Of a stretch of DNA of 64,000 nucleotides, positions 26,240-39,250 are shown one piece after another (position 1 is the stretch's first letter; every line of letters begins with the position of its first letter). The stretch lies in the NCBI GenBank assembly GCA_951406725.2, contig OX597821.1, positions 75,950,001 through 76,014,000 on the forward strand. The letters are read 5' to 3'. The position numbers were made by a program, and so were the translations under genes. The notes beneath the pieces were generated by a model that did not search any database, was not told the origin of the DNA, and saw only the letters and a program-made list of their open reading frames with translations. This DNA comes from Octopus vulgaris (taxonomy: Eukaryota).

Positions 26240-27006
26240 TTTCTACGTTTAGTGGGAAATAGTTTTGCTTTCATTCTTTCGAGGTCGATAAAATAAGTAC
26301 CAGTTGAATACTGTGGTCACTGTAACAGACTAGTCGCCTCCCCTCAAAAACTGTAGCTCTTCTGTCAAAACTTAAAATCATTATCCTTTTCTGCTCTAGG
26401 TACGAGGCCCGAAATTTTTTTTTGGCGGGGGGAGGGGCAGTCGATTAGATCGTCCCATGTACGCAACTGGTACTTAATTTATCGACCCCAAAAGAATTAA
26501 AGGCGAAGTCGACCTCGGCGGAATTTCAACTCAGAACATAAAGACAGACGAAATACCACCAAGCATTTCGCCCGGTGTGCTAACGTTTCTTATTTCTTTA
26601 TTGCCCACAAGGAGCTAAACATAGAGGGGACAAACAAGGACAGATAGAGGGATTAAGTCGATTACGTCGACACCAGTGCGTAACTGGTACTTAATTTATC
26701 GATCCCGAAACGATGAAAGGCAAAGTCGACCTCGGCGGAATTTGAACTCAGAACGTAATGGCAGACGAAATACCTATTTCTTTACTACCCACAAGGGGCT
26801 AAACACAGAGAGCACAAACAAGGAAAGACAAACGGACTAAGTCAATTATATCGACCCCAATGCGTAACTGGTACTTATTTAGTCGACCCCGAAAGGATGA
26901 AAAGCAAAGTGGACTTCGGCGGAATTTGAACTCAGAACGTAGCGGCAGTCGAAATACCGCTGAGCATTTCGCACGACGTGCTAACGTTTCTGCCAGCTCA
27001 CCGCCT
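26240..27006. mobile_element. SINE family B: degraded + copy (26240-26380) and head-to-tail minus-strand trimer (26390-27006)
   Basis: Three successive central domains with two alternative tails. Confidence 0.9.
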
Positions 27007-28436
27007 TCTTAAAATCCTTATCATTGCTGCTGCTGCTGCTGCTACTGCTACTACTACCTCTACAACTACTTCTAGTACATATATATGTGTGTGTGTGTAT
27101 GAACCACATTGAGCCACAGCAACAACAGCAACAAATACGTCTAGAAATGATGCAAGCCCGCACAGTCGTTCGACCGCAGACAATTCTCTCTTAAACCGCT
27201 TTCTGTTCTTTTAAATAATAAAACTGACCTCAAGTTTTCTTGATCAGGGTCGGTTTGGAGTTAAAAGGGAAAATTAGCAAAACAAAAATCCCAACAACAA
27301 CAACAGCGGCAACAGCAATAAGCAATTATGAAAAATACATATTTGGAAAATAGAGAATGGAGAAAGAAAAGAATTCTGAAGTTACTATTTTAATGAGTTA
27401 GATTGATTTTTTCACTGCTAAATATTTCATCATAATTATTTGAATATTCCATATATTGCGTAATTTTGCAATATAACCTTGGGTAGATGCAGTCTTTACG
27501 TAGCTTCGATACTTATTTATTTATCAGCTCTACTTCACTTGTTACACATCTCTGAATGCAGTTCCTATTATTGGTATTTTCCTTGAGATGAGGGAAACAT
27601 ACCAAGATTTTTTAAAGGACTTGTTTCTATTTTCTCATTCTTAAAGCAAACAGTTATTCTAAAACAGTCCATGAATTTGGACAAGATGAAGTAGAATTAG
27701 ACGTGAGAGGAGAAAAAATTATTTAAGCGTTTGCTATTACCTCTCCTTCTTTTCCTTCCTTTCGCTATTCCTTTCTCTCTCTCTTTCTCCCTTGTCTTTC
27801 ACATACACACGCAAACACATATACATATATAGTTCAATGTGTGTGTGCATTCACATAAAATACTCACACACATATATATTAGAGGAGAGAGGAAGAGAGG
27901 AGAAGAGAGAGAGAGAGGGGGAGAGACAGAGAGTGGAAGAAAACAGAAGAGAAAGGGAGATGGAGAGAAAGAGTGGGAATGGCCAAAGGAGAAAAAAATA
28001 CGGACAACAGCAATATGAATTCACGACTAACCTAATTAGTTTGATGCAGAGTAAAACAGAAAATGAAAAAGAAGTCGTTTACGACGTTTCTAACAATATC
28101 CCTTTTTCAAAGAGATATTTATAGAACAAAATAAAGGAGCTAAAAATTTACTTATTCTTGGAAACACACACATGCACGCACAAGCGCACAAACGCACAAA
28201 TGTACATACATACATATGTATATACACACATACTCAGACTCACACACACATATATACATATATGCACATATATATCATATACATTACATGTATATGCATG
28301 TGTATATATGCATGTTTGTATATGCCTATGGTATAAGACATGTATGTATATACACACACTCACTCACGCACATACATACATACATTCATTCATACATATA
28401 TGCATATATATATATGTGTGTGTGTGTGTATATATA

Positions 28437-28492
<56 letters not shown>

Positions 28493-28585
28493 GAATCCAA
28501 ACAAAGTAGAACAAGAAAAAACAATAACGTGAAGACGTGGTACAAGTACTGCATTATCAGACGTTCAGGAAAGGAAGGAAAGAGG

Positions 28586-28620
28586 ATTTAACGTTTCGAG
28601 CCTTGCACTTCTTCAGAAAT
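28586..28620 (-). ncRNA. Minimal type I hammerhead ribozyme in a Penelope-like fragment (~28490-28690)
   Basis: AUUU CUGAAGA A GUGC AAG GCUC GAAA CG U U AAAU; palindromic ACGU at stem III. Confidence 0.75.
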
Positions 28621-28691
28621 AGAAGAAACACAAAAGGAAGCGAAGACAGAGGACGAAAATCGCCAACGATACACACGCGGTTATACTTTGA

Positions 28692-28732
<41 letters not shown>

Positions 28733-29009
28733 CAGAGTTTTAATATGAGAAAGAACAGGCCTTAATACAAAAGGCCTATTCATTCCCTTTTCTCGTATCA
28801 AAGTTATTTTGCAAAGACTACAGACATTCTCAGATTTCCCCATGTATATCCAGTAGAAGGAGCAGCCCTACCGCATGATAGCATGGTAGTCGATGACCGA
28901 AGAAGAGCTTTGCGAAATATGAGCACGCTATAAAGTTATAGATAAATAGATAAATAGACATATACCTGCATCTAGGTGTTTGATGTGTTTCTATATATTT
29001 CTATCTGTG

Positions 29010-29340
29010 ATGGCGCATGACTCAGTGGTTAGAGTGGCTGGCTCACAAATAATGAGGTAATCATTTCGATTCCCGGACAGGGTTGTGTGTTGTGTTCTTG
29101 AGCAAGGTACTTTATTTCAGGCAGTTCAAGTTCACTCAGCTGCAGGAATGAGTTGCGACGTTGTCACTGGTGCCAAGCTGTATCAGCCTTTGCCATTCTC
29201 TTGCCATTCTCTTGGATAACATCAGCGGCGTGGAGAAGGAAGGCTGGTATGCATGGGTGACTGCTGGTCATCCTTAGAACAGCCTTGCCCGGACTTGTGC
29301 CTCGGAGGGGAACTTTCTAGGTGCAATCCAATGGTCATCA
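29010..29340 (+). mobile_element. tRNA-derived CORE-like SINE (family E)
   Basis: TGACTCAGTGGTTAGAG ... TTCGATTCCC; GTGTTCTTGAGCAAGGTACTT; AGTTCACTCAGCTG. Confidence 0.8.
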
Positions 29341-29566
29341 ACGCCTTTAGGTGGTGGGGTCTTTACTTTCCATGTTTCCATCTATGCATTGGTATGCTGA
29401 AAATGTTTAACGCAGATGCAAATGTCAATAGAACAATCACAGATCACAGCTAGAACATTCTGTCAACGCAAACAAACAGCACTCGTGCAGATATACCTAT
29501 GGTAATAACTGGTACCACATTTGGTAAATGGAAAGAAAGGACCGTTGAATTAAATTACATGAGTGT

Positions 29567-30002
29567 ATGATGACGATGATGATGATGATGAGGAGGAGGA
29601 GGAGGAGGAGGATATGGAGAAAGAAGAGGAAGATAATAACCGCTGACGATGCTCATGTCAATTTCGTTACTTGATGTTATTGTAGTTGATAATGATGGTG
29701 AGGATGACCACGATGATGATGGTGGTGTTGGTGGTTGTGGTGGTGGCAGTGGTGGGGGTGTAGGTGACGGTGATGATGATGATGATGACGATGATGATGT
29801 CAAGAGAGTTTACGATGAAGCCGCATCTCTTCTGGGTCTTTTATCTTTTTTCTTCTGCTTTCACCCTCCTCCTTCCCACCATTCCACCATCTCACCACAT
29901 TTACTACCGACACTATTACAGTCACTATCGCCACCATCGCCGTAGCAACTACCACCACCACCACCACCACCACCACCACCACCGCTGCCGCCTTCGCCAC
30001 CA
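29567..30002. repeat. Compound trinucleotide low-complexity region (GAT/GAG/GGT/CAC)
   Basis: Direct inspection. Confidence 0.9.
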
Positions 30003-31054
30003 TCTTATCACTAAGATGTAGCCGCCATGTTGACTGCAAAGCTAGAACAAATAGAGAAAAATAAGCAAAGAAAAATTGTCGTTTTTCCAGAATGTAAGCG
30101 AGGTCTAAGTGAGTTCACACTTTCTTCATTTTCCTCTCGCCTCTTTGGGACCCTCGCCGGAAGAAAAACGAAAAGAAAAAGACATCTTGGTTGTAAGAAC
30201 TACTTCTATAATAAACTTTATTTCTCTCTCACACGTATTCACTTTCCTTCTTATATTCTCTCTCAATCTCTTTCTCTCTCTCTCTCTCTAACACAAATAC
30301 ACACTTTCAGTCTCTCCCTCTCACTCGTTCTCTTTCTTATTCTCTCTCTCTCTCTCTCTCACTCGTTCTCTTTCTAATTCGCTATCCCTCACTCTCTTAC
30401 CTCACTACTCCATCGCTAGATTCGTGCTTATGAAATCATAAGAAATAATCAGTGATATCATGGCTTGAAATCACCGTGACCGAATCGACAGTTGTCGTCT
30501 GCTTAATATTATGCAGCCACACTCTTCGCAAAATATTGGGGGCAGATTCATAGTAAAACCAAGAGTGTTAATAATATAAGAACGTTAAAGGCAAGGTGGA
30601 GAGGATTAGAGACAGAAAGAGTTCATAACCAAACGAATTTTCGCTTATTTCTATTACATTTTTTCACTGTGTATTTATTTGTACATCTCGTTTTGGTGGA
30701 CTTATTTTTTTGTCTCTATAGTATGATTTTGCTGGAGAGTTTTCATTAAGCTCCATTTTGCTCCAGTTATTAATGGATTGTTTTGTTTTTATTTGATATT
30801 ATTTTTTTTAGCTGTTCATCAATCGCGGTTAGAGTATGAGAGTTCGTGTGTGTGTGTGTGTGGTGGGGGTAGAGATAGTAAGAACTTGATAGATTTACTT
30901 TTTGTTCTGATAGTGTGTGATTAATTTTATGCATAAACACCGTAGATAAATGTATGTATGTAAGTATGTTTACGTATACGTGTATGTATATATGTGTATA
31001 CAACGATGATACGTATATATATATATATATATATATATATGGAGAGAGAGAGAC

Positions 31055-31175
<121 letters not shown>

Positions 31176-31469
31176 GAGGTATGTGTGTATATATATGTGT
31201 GTATGTATATATATATATGGCGTTTATATTTATATCTTCTAATATAAATGTTTGTATAAATATGTTTATATAATGATAAGTGTACTTTTGAGTGATAATG
31301 TCTGAAGGGCAGAAGCGATCACTTGCACGCGTGTTGGTTATTGTATGTGAATGACGTATTAGTCGCAATGTAGCCACACTATAAGGACGGATACCAGCAG
31401 AAACAGCGAAAATGCGATTGCATGCGCGCTTTCTAACATCAATAACTCATATGCATGTACGTATGTATG

Positions 31470-31502
<33 letters not shown>

Positions 31503-31585
31503 GTTTCAAAACGATACAAAAAACAAAAGACAGACAAAAATCAGGACGTAATAATGTGACGCTCAGGAAAAAATTGAGCAAGTCA

Positions 31586-31619
31586 TTCACGTTTCGAGCC
31601 TATCCTCTGCTACAGGAAT
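31586..31619 (-). ncRNA. Degenerate minimal hammerhead relic (same type as 28586)
   Basis: AUUC CUGUAGC A GAGG AUAG GCUC GAAA CGU GAAU; core mutated. Confidence 0.5.
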
Positions 31620-31640
31620 ACATGTAGCATATATATATAT

Positions 31641-31990
31641 ATAAAATATACATACAATATTAGATATGTACATATATACACAAGGGTACTACATAAGTAC
31701 CTACATCGCTAAAAAATAGAAGTCAAAAATACTTCTGTACCACCAAATAGTCACAAATCTGTTACAGACATGATAGGAAAAAATATCAGTGAACAATAAT
31801 AATGTCTTACCATTTGAGGTAAGACATTATTGTTGTTCACTGATATTTTTCCCTATCTTGTCTGTAATAGATTTGTGACTTTTCGGTGGTACAGAAGTAT
31901 TTTTTTACCTCTATCGTTAGCGATATAGGTACTCATATAGTACCCATTTGTATATATGTACATATCGAATATTGTATGTATATATTTTAT
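31641..31990. repeat. Imperfect ~350-bp palindrome (171-bp arms, 6-nt loop at 31812-31817)
   Basis: AATGTCTTACC ATTTGA GGTAAGACATT centre; arms pair out to the ends. Confidence 0.9.
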
Positions 31991-32179
31991 TAATTTGCCT
32001 GCACGGCAGATAATTCGCTAACCACTCGTGATGGTATTTTGATAATGCCATCCCTAAATTTTAGGAAAATAAAAATAAGATATAAGTGGAAATTTTACCG
32101 GTGAGTGTGTTAAATTATAAGGTACGAAAAGAAAACGACTCTCCCCAGACACAACAGAATATATATATATATGTGTATG

Positions 32180-32237
<58 letters not shown>

Positions 32238-32289
32238 AGCAGATATACCCGACCTTGCTCTAAATTGAAATGTCATAGTTTTTTTATTG

Positions 32290-32470
32290 CTTTACTTGTT
32301 TCAGTCACGTGTGTGGGCATGCTGGAGCACCGCCGTACAAATCGACCACAGGATATATTCTTTGTAAGCCTAGTACTTATTCTATAACGCCATTTTGCTG
32401 AACTGCTAAGTTATGGGAACGTAAACACACCAACATCTGTTTCAAGCAATGACGGGGATACAAACAAAGG
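32290..32470 (-). mobile_element. SINE family A, tail half
   Basis: CATGCTGGAGCACCGCC...GTAAGCCTAGTACTTATTC. Confidence 0.85.
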
Positions 32471-32499
32471 CACACACACACACACGCTCACACACAAAT

Positions 32500-32534
<35 letters not shown>

Positions 32535-32656
32535 CACACACACACACACAGACACATATATATATATATATATGTACATATACATGCATATATATGTATG
32601 TATGTGTATGCATATATGTATATTGATATGTGTGTGCAAGTGTGCACGTTTACTTA

Positions 32657-32690
<34 letters not shown>

Positions 32691-32694
<4 letters not shown>

Positions 32695-33290
32695 GATGAG
32701 CAATGACTCTGAAACTAGTCTCTGATGCTGGCTTTGCTGGGTGGAGGTGCTTATCTCCCCCTTTGAAAACATAAGGACACAGGAAATGTGTCAAAGCTAA
32801 CAGGATACGGTGTTTCCTAGGGCTAAATAGCAGTAGTGTTCTTCCTTTTCACGGGACTGTTACATTAAGTTGACAACACACCATGACTTTCTTGTGCTGG
32901 CACTGTATAAATCTCTGCCGTAAGGCTGTATTTCCACACACACGCCAACTTAATCTAACTCGTCCTTAGTCGAAAGACACTTGTTGTTATGTCCTGTTAT
33001 TTGTATTTCTGTAACATTCTCCGTTTTTTGTCCGTCCTTGTTTTCGTATTCATTCGCTGTTTTTTTCCAAGGGGTTAAATGCTCTTAGCTTAGTTTTTCC
33101 TTGGGGCTGGACGAGCAATCTCGTGTTTAAGAAACCGGAATTACAAAGATAATCTGGAACTCGACCGAGGAGAGAAAACTCCGAATGACTCGTCCTTATT
33201 TTCTTTGTATCTTCAATCTGGATGTTTTGTTGTCCCTTTTTTGTATCACCTAAATGTCTGGATTATTTGCGTTCTTGTCTCATTTTGTAT
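32691..33290 (+). mobile_element. Penelope-like non-coding repeat with a 5'-truncated type I hammerhead (32691-32727) and a reordered hammerhead relic (33115-33174)
   Basis: UGAUGA U GAG CAAUGA CUC U GAAA CUAG UC; flanked by TA tracts. Confidence 0.6.
33115..33174 (+). ncRNA. Reordered hammerhead-like motif, copy 4 (diverged)
   Basis: GCAA U C|UCGUGUUUAAGA AACC GGAA UUAC AAAGAUAA UCUGGAACUCGA CCGAGGA GAG. Confidence 0.45.
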
Positions 33291-33428
33291 TATATATATA
33301 TATACAGAAAGCTGCTTTAAACAGATTCGGCTATCGGACGACATTAAAATTTGGCATAGTGTACAGGCAGCTAAAATTCAGAAGATCCAGTCAATGAAAC
33401 TAATTCATGAGGAGTATATTGGTCATGA

Positions 33429-33541
33429 AATATATTCATCTCACATACCATCATGGTTCGTATATATATGTATATATATATATATGTATAAATATATATA
33501 TATATACATATATGAACCATGATGGTATGAGAGATGAATAT

Positions 33542-33544
<3 letters not shown>
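33429..33544. repeat. 31-bp inverted repeat around a TA-rich spacer
   Basis: AATATATTCATCTCACATACCATCATGGTTC / GAACCATGATGGTATGAGAGATGAATATATT, one mismatch. Confidence 0.9.
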
Positions 33545-33639
<95 letters not shown>

Positions 33640-34734
33640 TTGGCCGATAACTGATAAGGGATTGGTGACATAGCCTTTTTTCCGTTCTGTGCATTTATTA
33701 TACAGTTTAATAATTTATTATATATATACGTATATAAACATGTATAAAAATGTATATGAATGTATATGTCTGTCTGTCTGTGTGTATGTATGCATTTATC
33801 TATCTATCTATCTATCTATCTATTTATCTATCTATCTATATATATATATATACATATTTGCATATATATGTATATATATTATATATATATGTATGTATAT
33901 GTATATATTTGCCTACATGCTCACACATATACTCTCATATGTATGTGTGTTTGTGAGAGAGGGAGAGAGAGAGACAGAGAAAGAGAGGAAGGGAGAGAGT
34001 TTTCAACTGAAAGTGTAGAAAGCTTAACAAAACGGAAAAAAGAAAAAAGATGCGCGTAAGAAAGTGTAGAAAAGCAATTATTTGTAGAAGTCATCTTCGT
34101 GTAACTCTCCTAATTAAGAAGACTTATTATTCTATAAAACGTTCCAGTTGTGAGCGTTGCCATTCCTCCAACCAGTTTTCGTATTTTGTTCCCATACATT
34201 CGACCAAATGTTATCGAATGTGAATTTGCGATGCGATTTAGGAGTAATATAGCTGCCATTTCATACATTTCCGTGTGTCTTGAAGAACTCTTTCACAAAA
34301 ATGACTAAATGTTGCGAGGAATCGGTGCGTGGTAGGAGAGAGCAGCAAGTGAAACCATTCGCGCGACGTTTGACAGTTAGGATGGTCACGTGACTTTGAG
34401 AAAGGCAATGGGGGGGTATTAAAAGGACAATAAACGCATCACATATCCATATAAACGCCACACACAAACGCGAGCACGTGCAGACGTATACCTCTGACGT
34501 TTGTTTCCACACAGAGACACATACGCCGACAAACACGCGCCGCCACGAAATATATTATTGTATACAAGTATTTGTGTATGTATATGTGTGTGTATGTGGG
34601 TGTATGTATGTATGTATGTATGTATGTATGTATGTATGTATGTATGTACGTACTTATTAACGTACGTACGTATGTATGCATGTATGTGTGTATGTATGTC
34701 TGCATATGAATATGAATTTATGTGAGTATACATA

Positions 34735-35686
34735 CGTGGTCTGGTCAATAAGAAACTGAATTGTTGCCATAGTAACGAAGCTAAAGCGCGCAAAGTGAAG
34801 CCGCTTCGCACAGATTGCCCTTGAACGATGCTGTGCATGTGCTCTAAGTATTAACGTCCTAGCTCATTTCTGCTGTTTACAGCAGTGTTTGGAAAAAAAA
34901 AATATGTGAAGTGTGTGATCGTCGCATTGAACGTGACACAGAAAGTTGAGTAGAGAATCTGCATCAAATTTTGTCAAAAGCTTGGAGATACATGTTCAGA
35001 GACCTACGCAAAGTTTTCAAAAAGCTTTCACCGTTCTCAACACAATCAAGGAGATTTTGTGCAACTGAAACCCGAGTCACTTCTTGGTCAGCTGAAATCA
35101 GTTTTGGCACAAGCTTAGCAGATACGCATCTCATACACAAATCTTTAGTGATAATGGACTGAACTGAACCGTAACTAATCTGCACATCCTCTAATAACTC
35201 ACGATTGGTGATTCGGCGATTTCTCCTCACAGCTGCGTGTACATCTGCGATGTCTCTCCAAATTTTGCTGGTTGCGGGTCTCCCAAAAAGTTCGTCAATA
35301 TCGACATTTTTTCGGCCACCTTGGAATCGTCTGAATCACTCATTTCTGCTGTTTAAAGCAGTGATTGGAAGGAAGGTGTGTAGCGTGTGATTGTCGCATT
35401 GACAATGACAGAGAAAATTGCCATGGCCATACCTGCTCAGAGGTATGCTGCTCATACACTCCTCTCCATACACTTACTGCAACTTCGCATAAGCCTATGA
35501 GCAGGTATGGCCATGACAATTTTCTCTGTCATTGTCAATGCGACGATCACACGCTACACACCTTCCTTCCAAGCACTGATTTAAACAGCAGAAATGAGCT
35601 AGAACGTTAAGACTTAGTGCGCATGCACAGTAGAGTCCAAGGTCAATATTGTGCCAAACGGATTCACTCTTATTGATCAGACTACT
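34735..35686. mobile_element. Rearranged mariner derivative with both termini from the transposon 5' end and an inverted internal transposase piece
   Basis: TA-CGTGGTCTGGTCAATAAG ... CTTATTGATCAGACTACT-TA; RICIKFCQKLG on +, RCVSAKLVPKL on -; inner hairpin 35338-35600. Confidence 0.85.
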
Positions 35687-35709
35687 TATATATATGAGTG
35701 TATTTACTT

Positions 35710-35922
35710 ATTTTCTTGTACATGTTTCAGTCATTCGATTGCAGCCATGCTGGAGCACCACCTTTAGTCGAACAAATCGACACCGGGACTTATGCTTTGT
35801 GAGCCTAGTACTTATTTTATCGGTCATTTTTGCCGAACCACTAAGTTACGGGGACATCAACCTACCCACATCGGTTGTCAAGCTATGGTAGAAACACAGA
35901 CACACACGCACACACACACACA

Positions 35923-35988
<66 letters not shown>

Positions 35989-36145
35989 CGACGGGTTTCT
36001 TTCCGTTTCCGTCTACCAAATCCTCTCATAAGACTTGTCAGCCCGAGGCTGTAGTAGACGACACTTGCCCAAGGTGCCACGCAGTGGCCCTGAAACCGGA
36101 CCCATGAGATTGGTAAGCGAACTTTTTACCACACATCCACTCCTG
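35710..36145 (-). mobile_element. SINE family A
   Basis: Full-length match to 271-662. Confidence 0.9.
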
Positions 36146-36163
36146 TGTATATATGTATGAATA

Positions 36164-36206
<43 letters not shown>

Positions 36207-36719
36207 CTGTGTGTATATATGTGTATATATATATGTGTGTTTGCATGTATATAAGTTTGTATGTATTTAAATTCATTTATATGTATGTGTATGCATGTTT
36301 CTATGTATGCGTACCCCCATACACATATGTGATTACATGCACACACACACACGTACATACAGACTCAGATAGATAGATAATACATACCTACATATATAAA
36401 AACATACATGCATACATACATACATATACCCCCACCAACAGATACGCTTAAGCACGTGCACTTTTAACGCAAGCGCACTCCACATAGAAAGGAACGTATC
36501 TTGGCCTTTGGGGACACGTGTCCTAGCTCATGTGTGTGTGTATGTGTGGATACTGGGCGTATCAGCGGGCTGTGTTTATGCCTTTATGTATTGAGACATA
36601 TGTGTTTATGTCAGTAAACTCTCCCTCACCCACATACACATGCGTACACGTGTATACAAACACACACACATACACACATATACATCTACATATATATGTT
36701 TATGTTTGTTTATGTTTTC

Positions 36720-36925
36720 CAGTTTCAGCTCTTGAGCTGTGGCCATGCTGGGGCACCGCCATTGTGGTGAAAGAGTACAGCAGGGATCACCACCCCCTGC
36801 CGGAGCCTCGTAGAGCTTTTAGGTGTTTTCGCTCAATAAACACACACAACGCCCGGTCTGAGAATCGAAACCGCGATCCTGCGACCGCGAGTCCGCTGCC
36901 CTAACCACTAGGCCATTGCGCCTCC
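36720..36925 (-). mobile_element. SINE family D head joined directly to a CR1-like tail
   Basis: Head as at 14452; then GGCGGTGCCCCAGCATGGCCACAGCTCAAGAGCTGAAA. Confidence 0.85.
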
Positions 36926-37260
36926 ATATATATATACATATATATATACATATACACATATATATATATATACATACATGTATACACACATACTTATACA
37001 CACATATAGATACATATGTGTGTATATATATATATGTATGTATATATATATATACATATATATGTGTGTATATATGCACATGCACGTATACATGTATGCA
37101 TATATATTTATATGTGTGTATTTATATATATACACACGCATATGTAGTATGTGCATATATATAGATACATGCATACATATATATACATACATCTATATAT
37201 ATATATGTGTGTGTGTATGCATGTATAGATAGAGAAGTAGATATATATATATATATATAT

Positions 37261-37326
<66 letters not shown>

Positions 37327-37989
37327 GCAACACACATACGCATACACGTATATTTATGTATGTGTATTTTTTTCTGTGTGCATTTGTTGTGTACATGTAT
37401 ACACCCACATATAAACAGAAGGGAAATAAAGTAAGTTTTACGGAAAGCTACGTGATGCAATTTCAGAGGCTGAAATACCTTTTTTTTTTTAATTAATAGT
37501 CCCTCGTCGTCGATCTACGGACGATTATAAAAAACCGAATACATATACAGCATAGATAGGTTTCTGGAATTGCGATTGGTGATGGACGCTATAGAAATTG
37601 CATTGCTTACAATGAGTTAAGCGTATGATTAACATTTCATGATTAAAATTTCCTGAATCTTAACATAAGAATATTTGGTAGGGACATGATGTTTTCCACC
37701 TACTCTGCTGTGTATATAGTGGTTGCTCTATATAAGCTGTTAGATTTTATAAATACTCCTTGTTCTAATATCCTTCGTATTCGCTCCTTCCTATTTTATC
37801 GTTTCACCAGGCAAATGCTTTTCTTTCGGACAGCTATAAGCTACATGCAATCCGAGGGTGTGCGTATTGAGCGGGTTTCTTTAGCCTGCACGTAATACGG
37901 GTTCATTCATTTATGTGGGGTTCAGGACCTTATGATCATGTGTCAACACCCTAAACACGAGGCCACGTATCTTTATATATGTACAATGT

Positions 37990-38522
37990 ATCAAATTCCT
38001 CCGAGGTCGACTTTGCCTTTCATAATTTTCGAGATCGATAAATTAAGTATCAGTTGCGTACTGGGGTCGATCTTATTGACTTGCCCCCTCCCCAAAAATT
38101 TTGAGCCTTGTGCGTAGAGTAGAAAAGAATATTTTAAAGGCGGCGAGCTGGCAGAAACGTTAGCACGCCAGGTGAAATGCTTAGCGGTATTTCGTCTGCC
38201 GTTACGTTCTGAGTTCAAATTCCGCCGACGTCGACTTTGCCTTTCATCCTTTCGGGGTCGATAAATTAAGTACCAGTTACGCACTGGGGTCGATATAATC
38301 GATTTAATCTGTTTGTCTGTCCTTGTTTGTCCTCTCTGTGTTTAGCCCCTTGTGGGTAGTAAAGAAATAGGTATTTCGTCTGTCTTTACATTCTGAGTTT
38401 AAATTCAGCCGATACTGTCGGTGTCGATAAATTAAGCACCAGTTGCGTATTGGTGTCGATCTAATCGACTTGCCCGCTCCCTCCAAAATTTTGGGCCTTG
38501 TGCCTAGAGTAAAAAAGAATAT
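37990..38522 (+). mobile_element. SINE family B tandem copies
   Basis: Truncated copy 37990-38132 and dimer 38138-38522. Confidence 0.9.
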
Positions 38523-38699
38523 TTACAATAAATCTAAAGAGTTTAATAATTTAAAACACATATAAATGGCTACCCACCCAAGTAGCATCAGGACACCTAG
38601 TGACTCTGGCCAAATCTGGTCACCATTCAGGGCACCACCACCAAAGTTGATCTCTGGTTTGCAATAACAATTTATTCTGTTTGGTTTACGCTGGCATCT

Positions 38700-39250
38700 T
38701 TTACCTTTGGGTTCTCAGTTCCTATTTCAGGTAACCATGAAGTTCTTACATATCAAGTTAATGACCAACATCCCGTGGTTACTTTATATCACCCGTTTGA
38801 CATTAGTTTCTGCTTATCTTTACGCTTACTCTTACCCTCAATTCTTAATATTCCTGACGGTTTTCAATTTATTTTCCACTTCATCAATACAAGATCACAG
38901 GACTGAAGTGATGTCCGAAACTTTGCCCAACCTTGTGTGTGAGGAAGAATCCCTTTGGCTTGGTGCTGTGCTACCTTATCGGCCGCTGGTGTTGTTGACA
39001 TAGAAGATGGAAAGTCCAAGTTTGCCTCCCACCTATCAGTCTGTCTTTGGATCTGTGACATGTGTTCAGTGTAATCAATACCAAAAGGTATTGGCATCGC
39101 TTCAGGGGTCAACTGCTACCGATACCACTGCTTTTGATTAACAACACCTTTTTTTTTATTCTAATCTCCTCGGCAAAAGGTACTCATATTACTTCTACTG
39201 CCCTGTCTATAACAACTGGGCTTTCTGATTGACTCTCTCCTCGCTCTCAC
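38700..39250 (-). mobile_element. Possible highly degraded 5' region of an RTE-like LINE
   Basis: Minus strand T*YVRT near 38740-38760 resembles the TWNVRT endonuclease start; otherwise unalignable by eye. Confidence 0.25.

Noticed and set aside
26390-27006. CRISPR-like repeat array
   Set aside because: Units are ~180-220-bp SINE multimers without unique spacers; eukaryotic context, no cas genes
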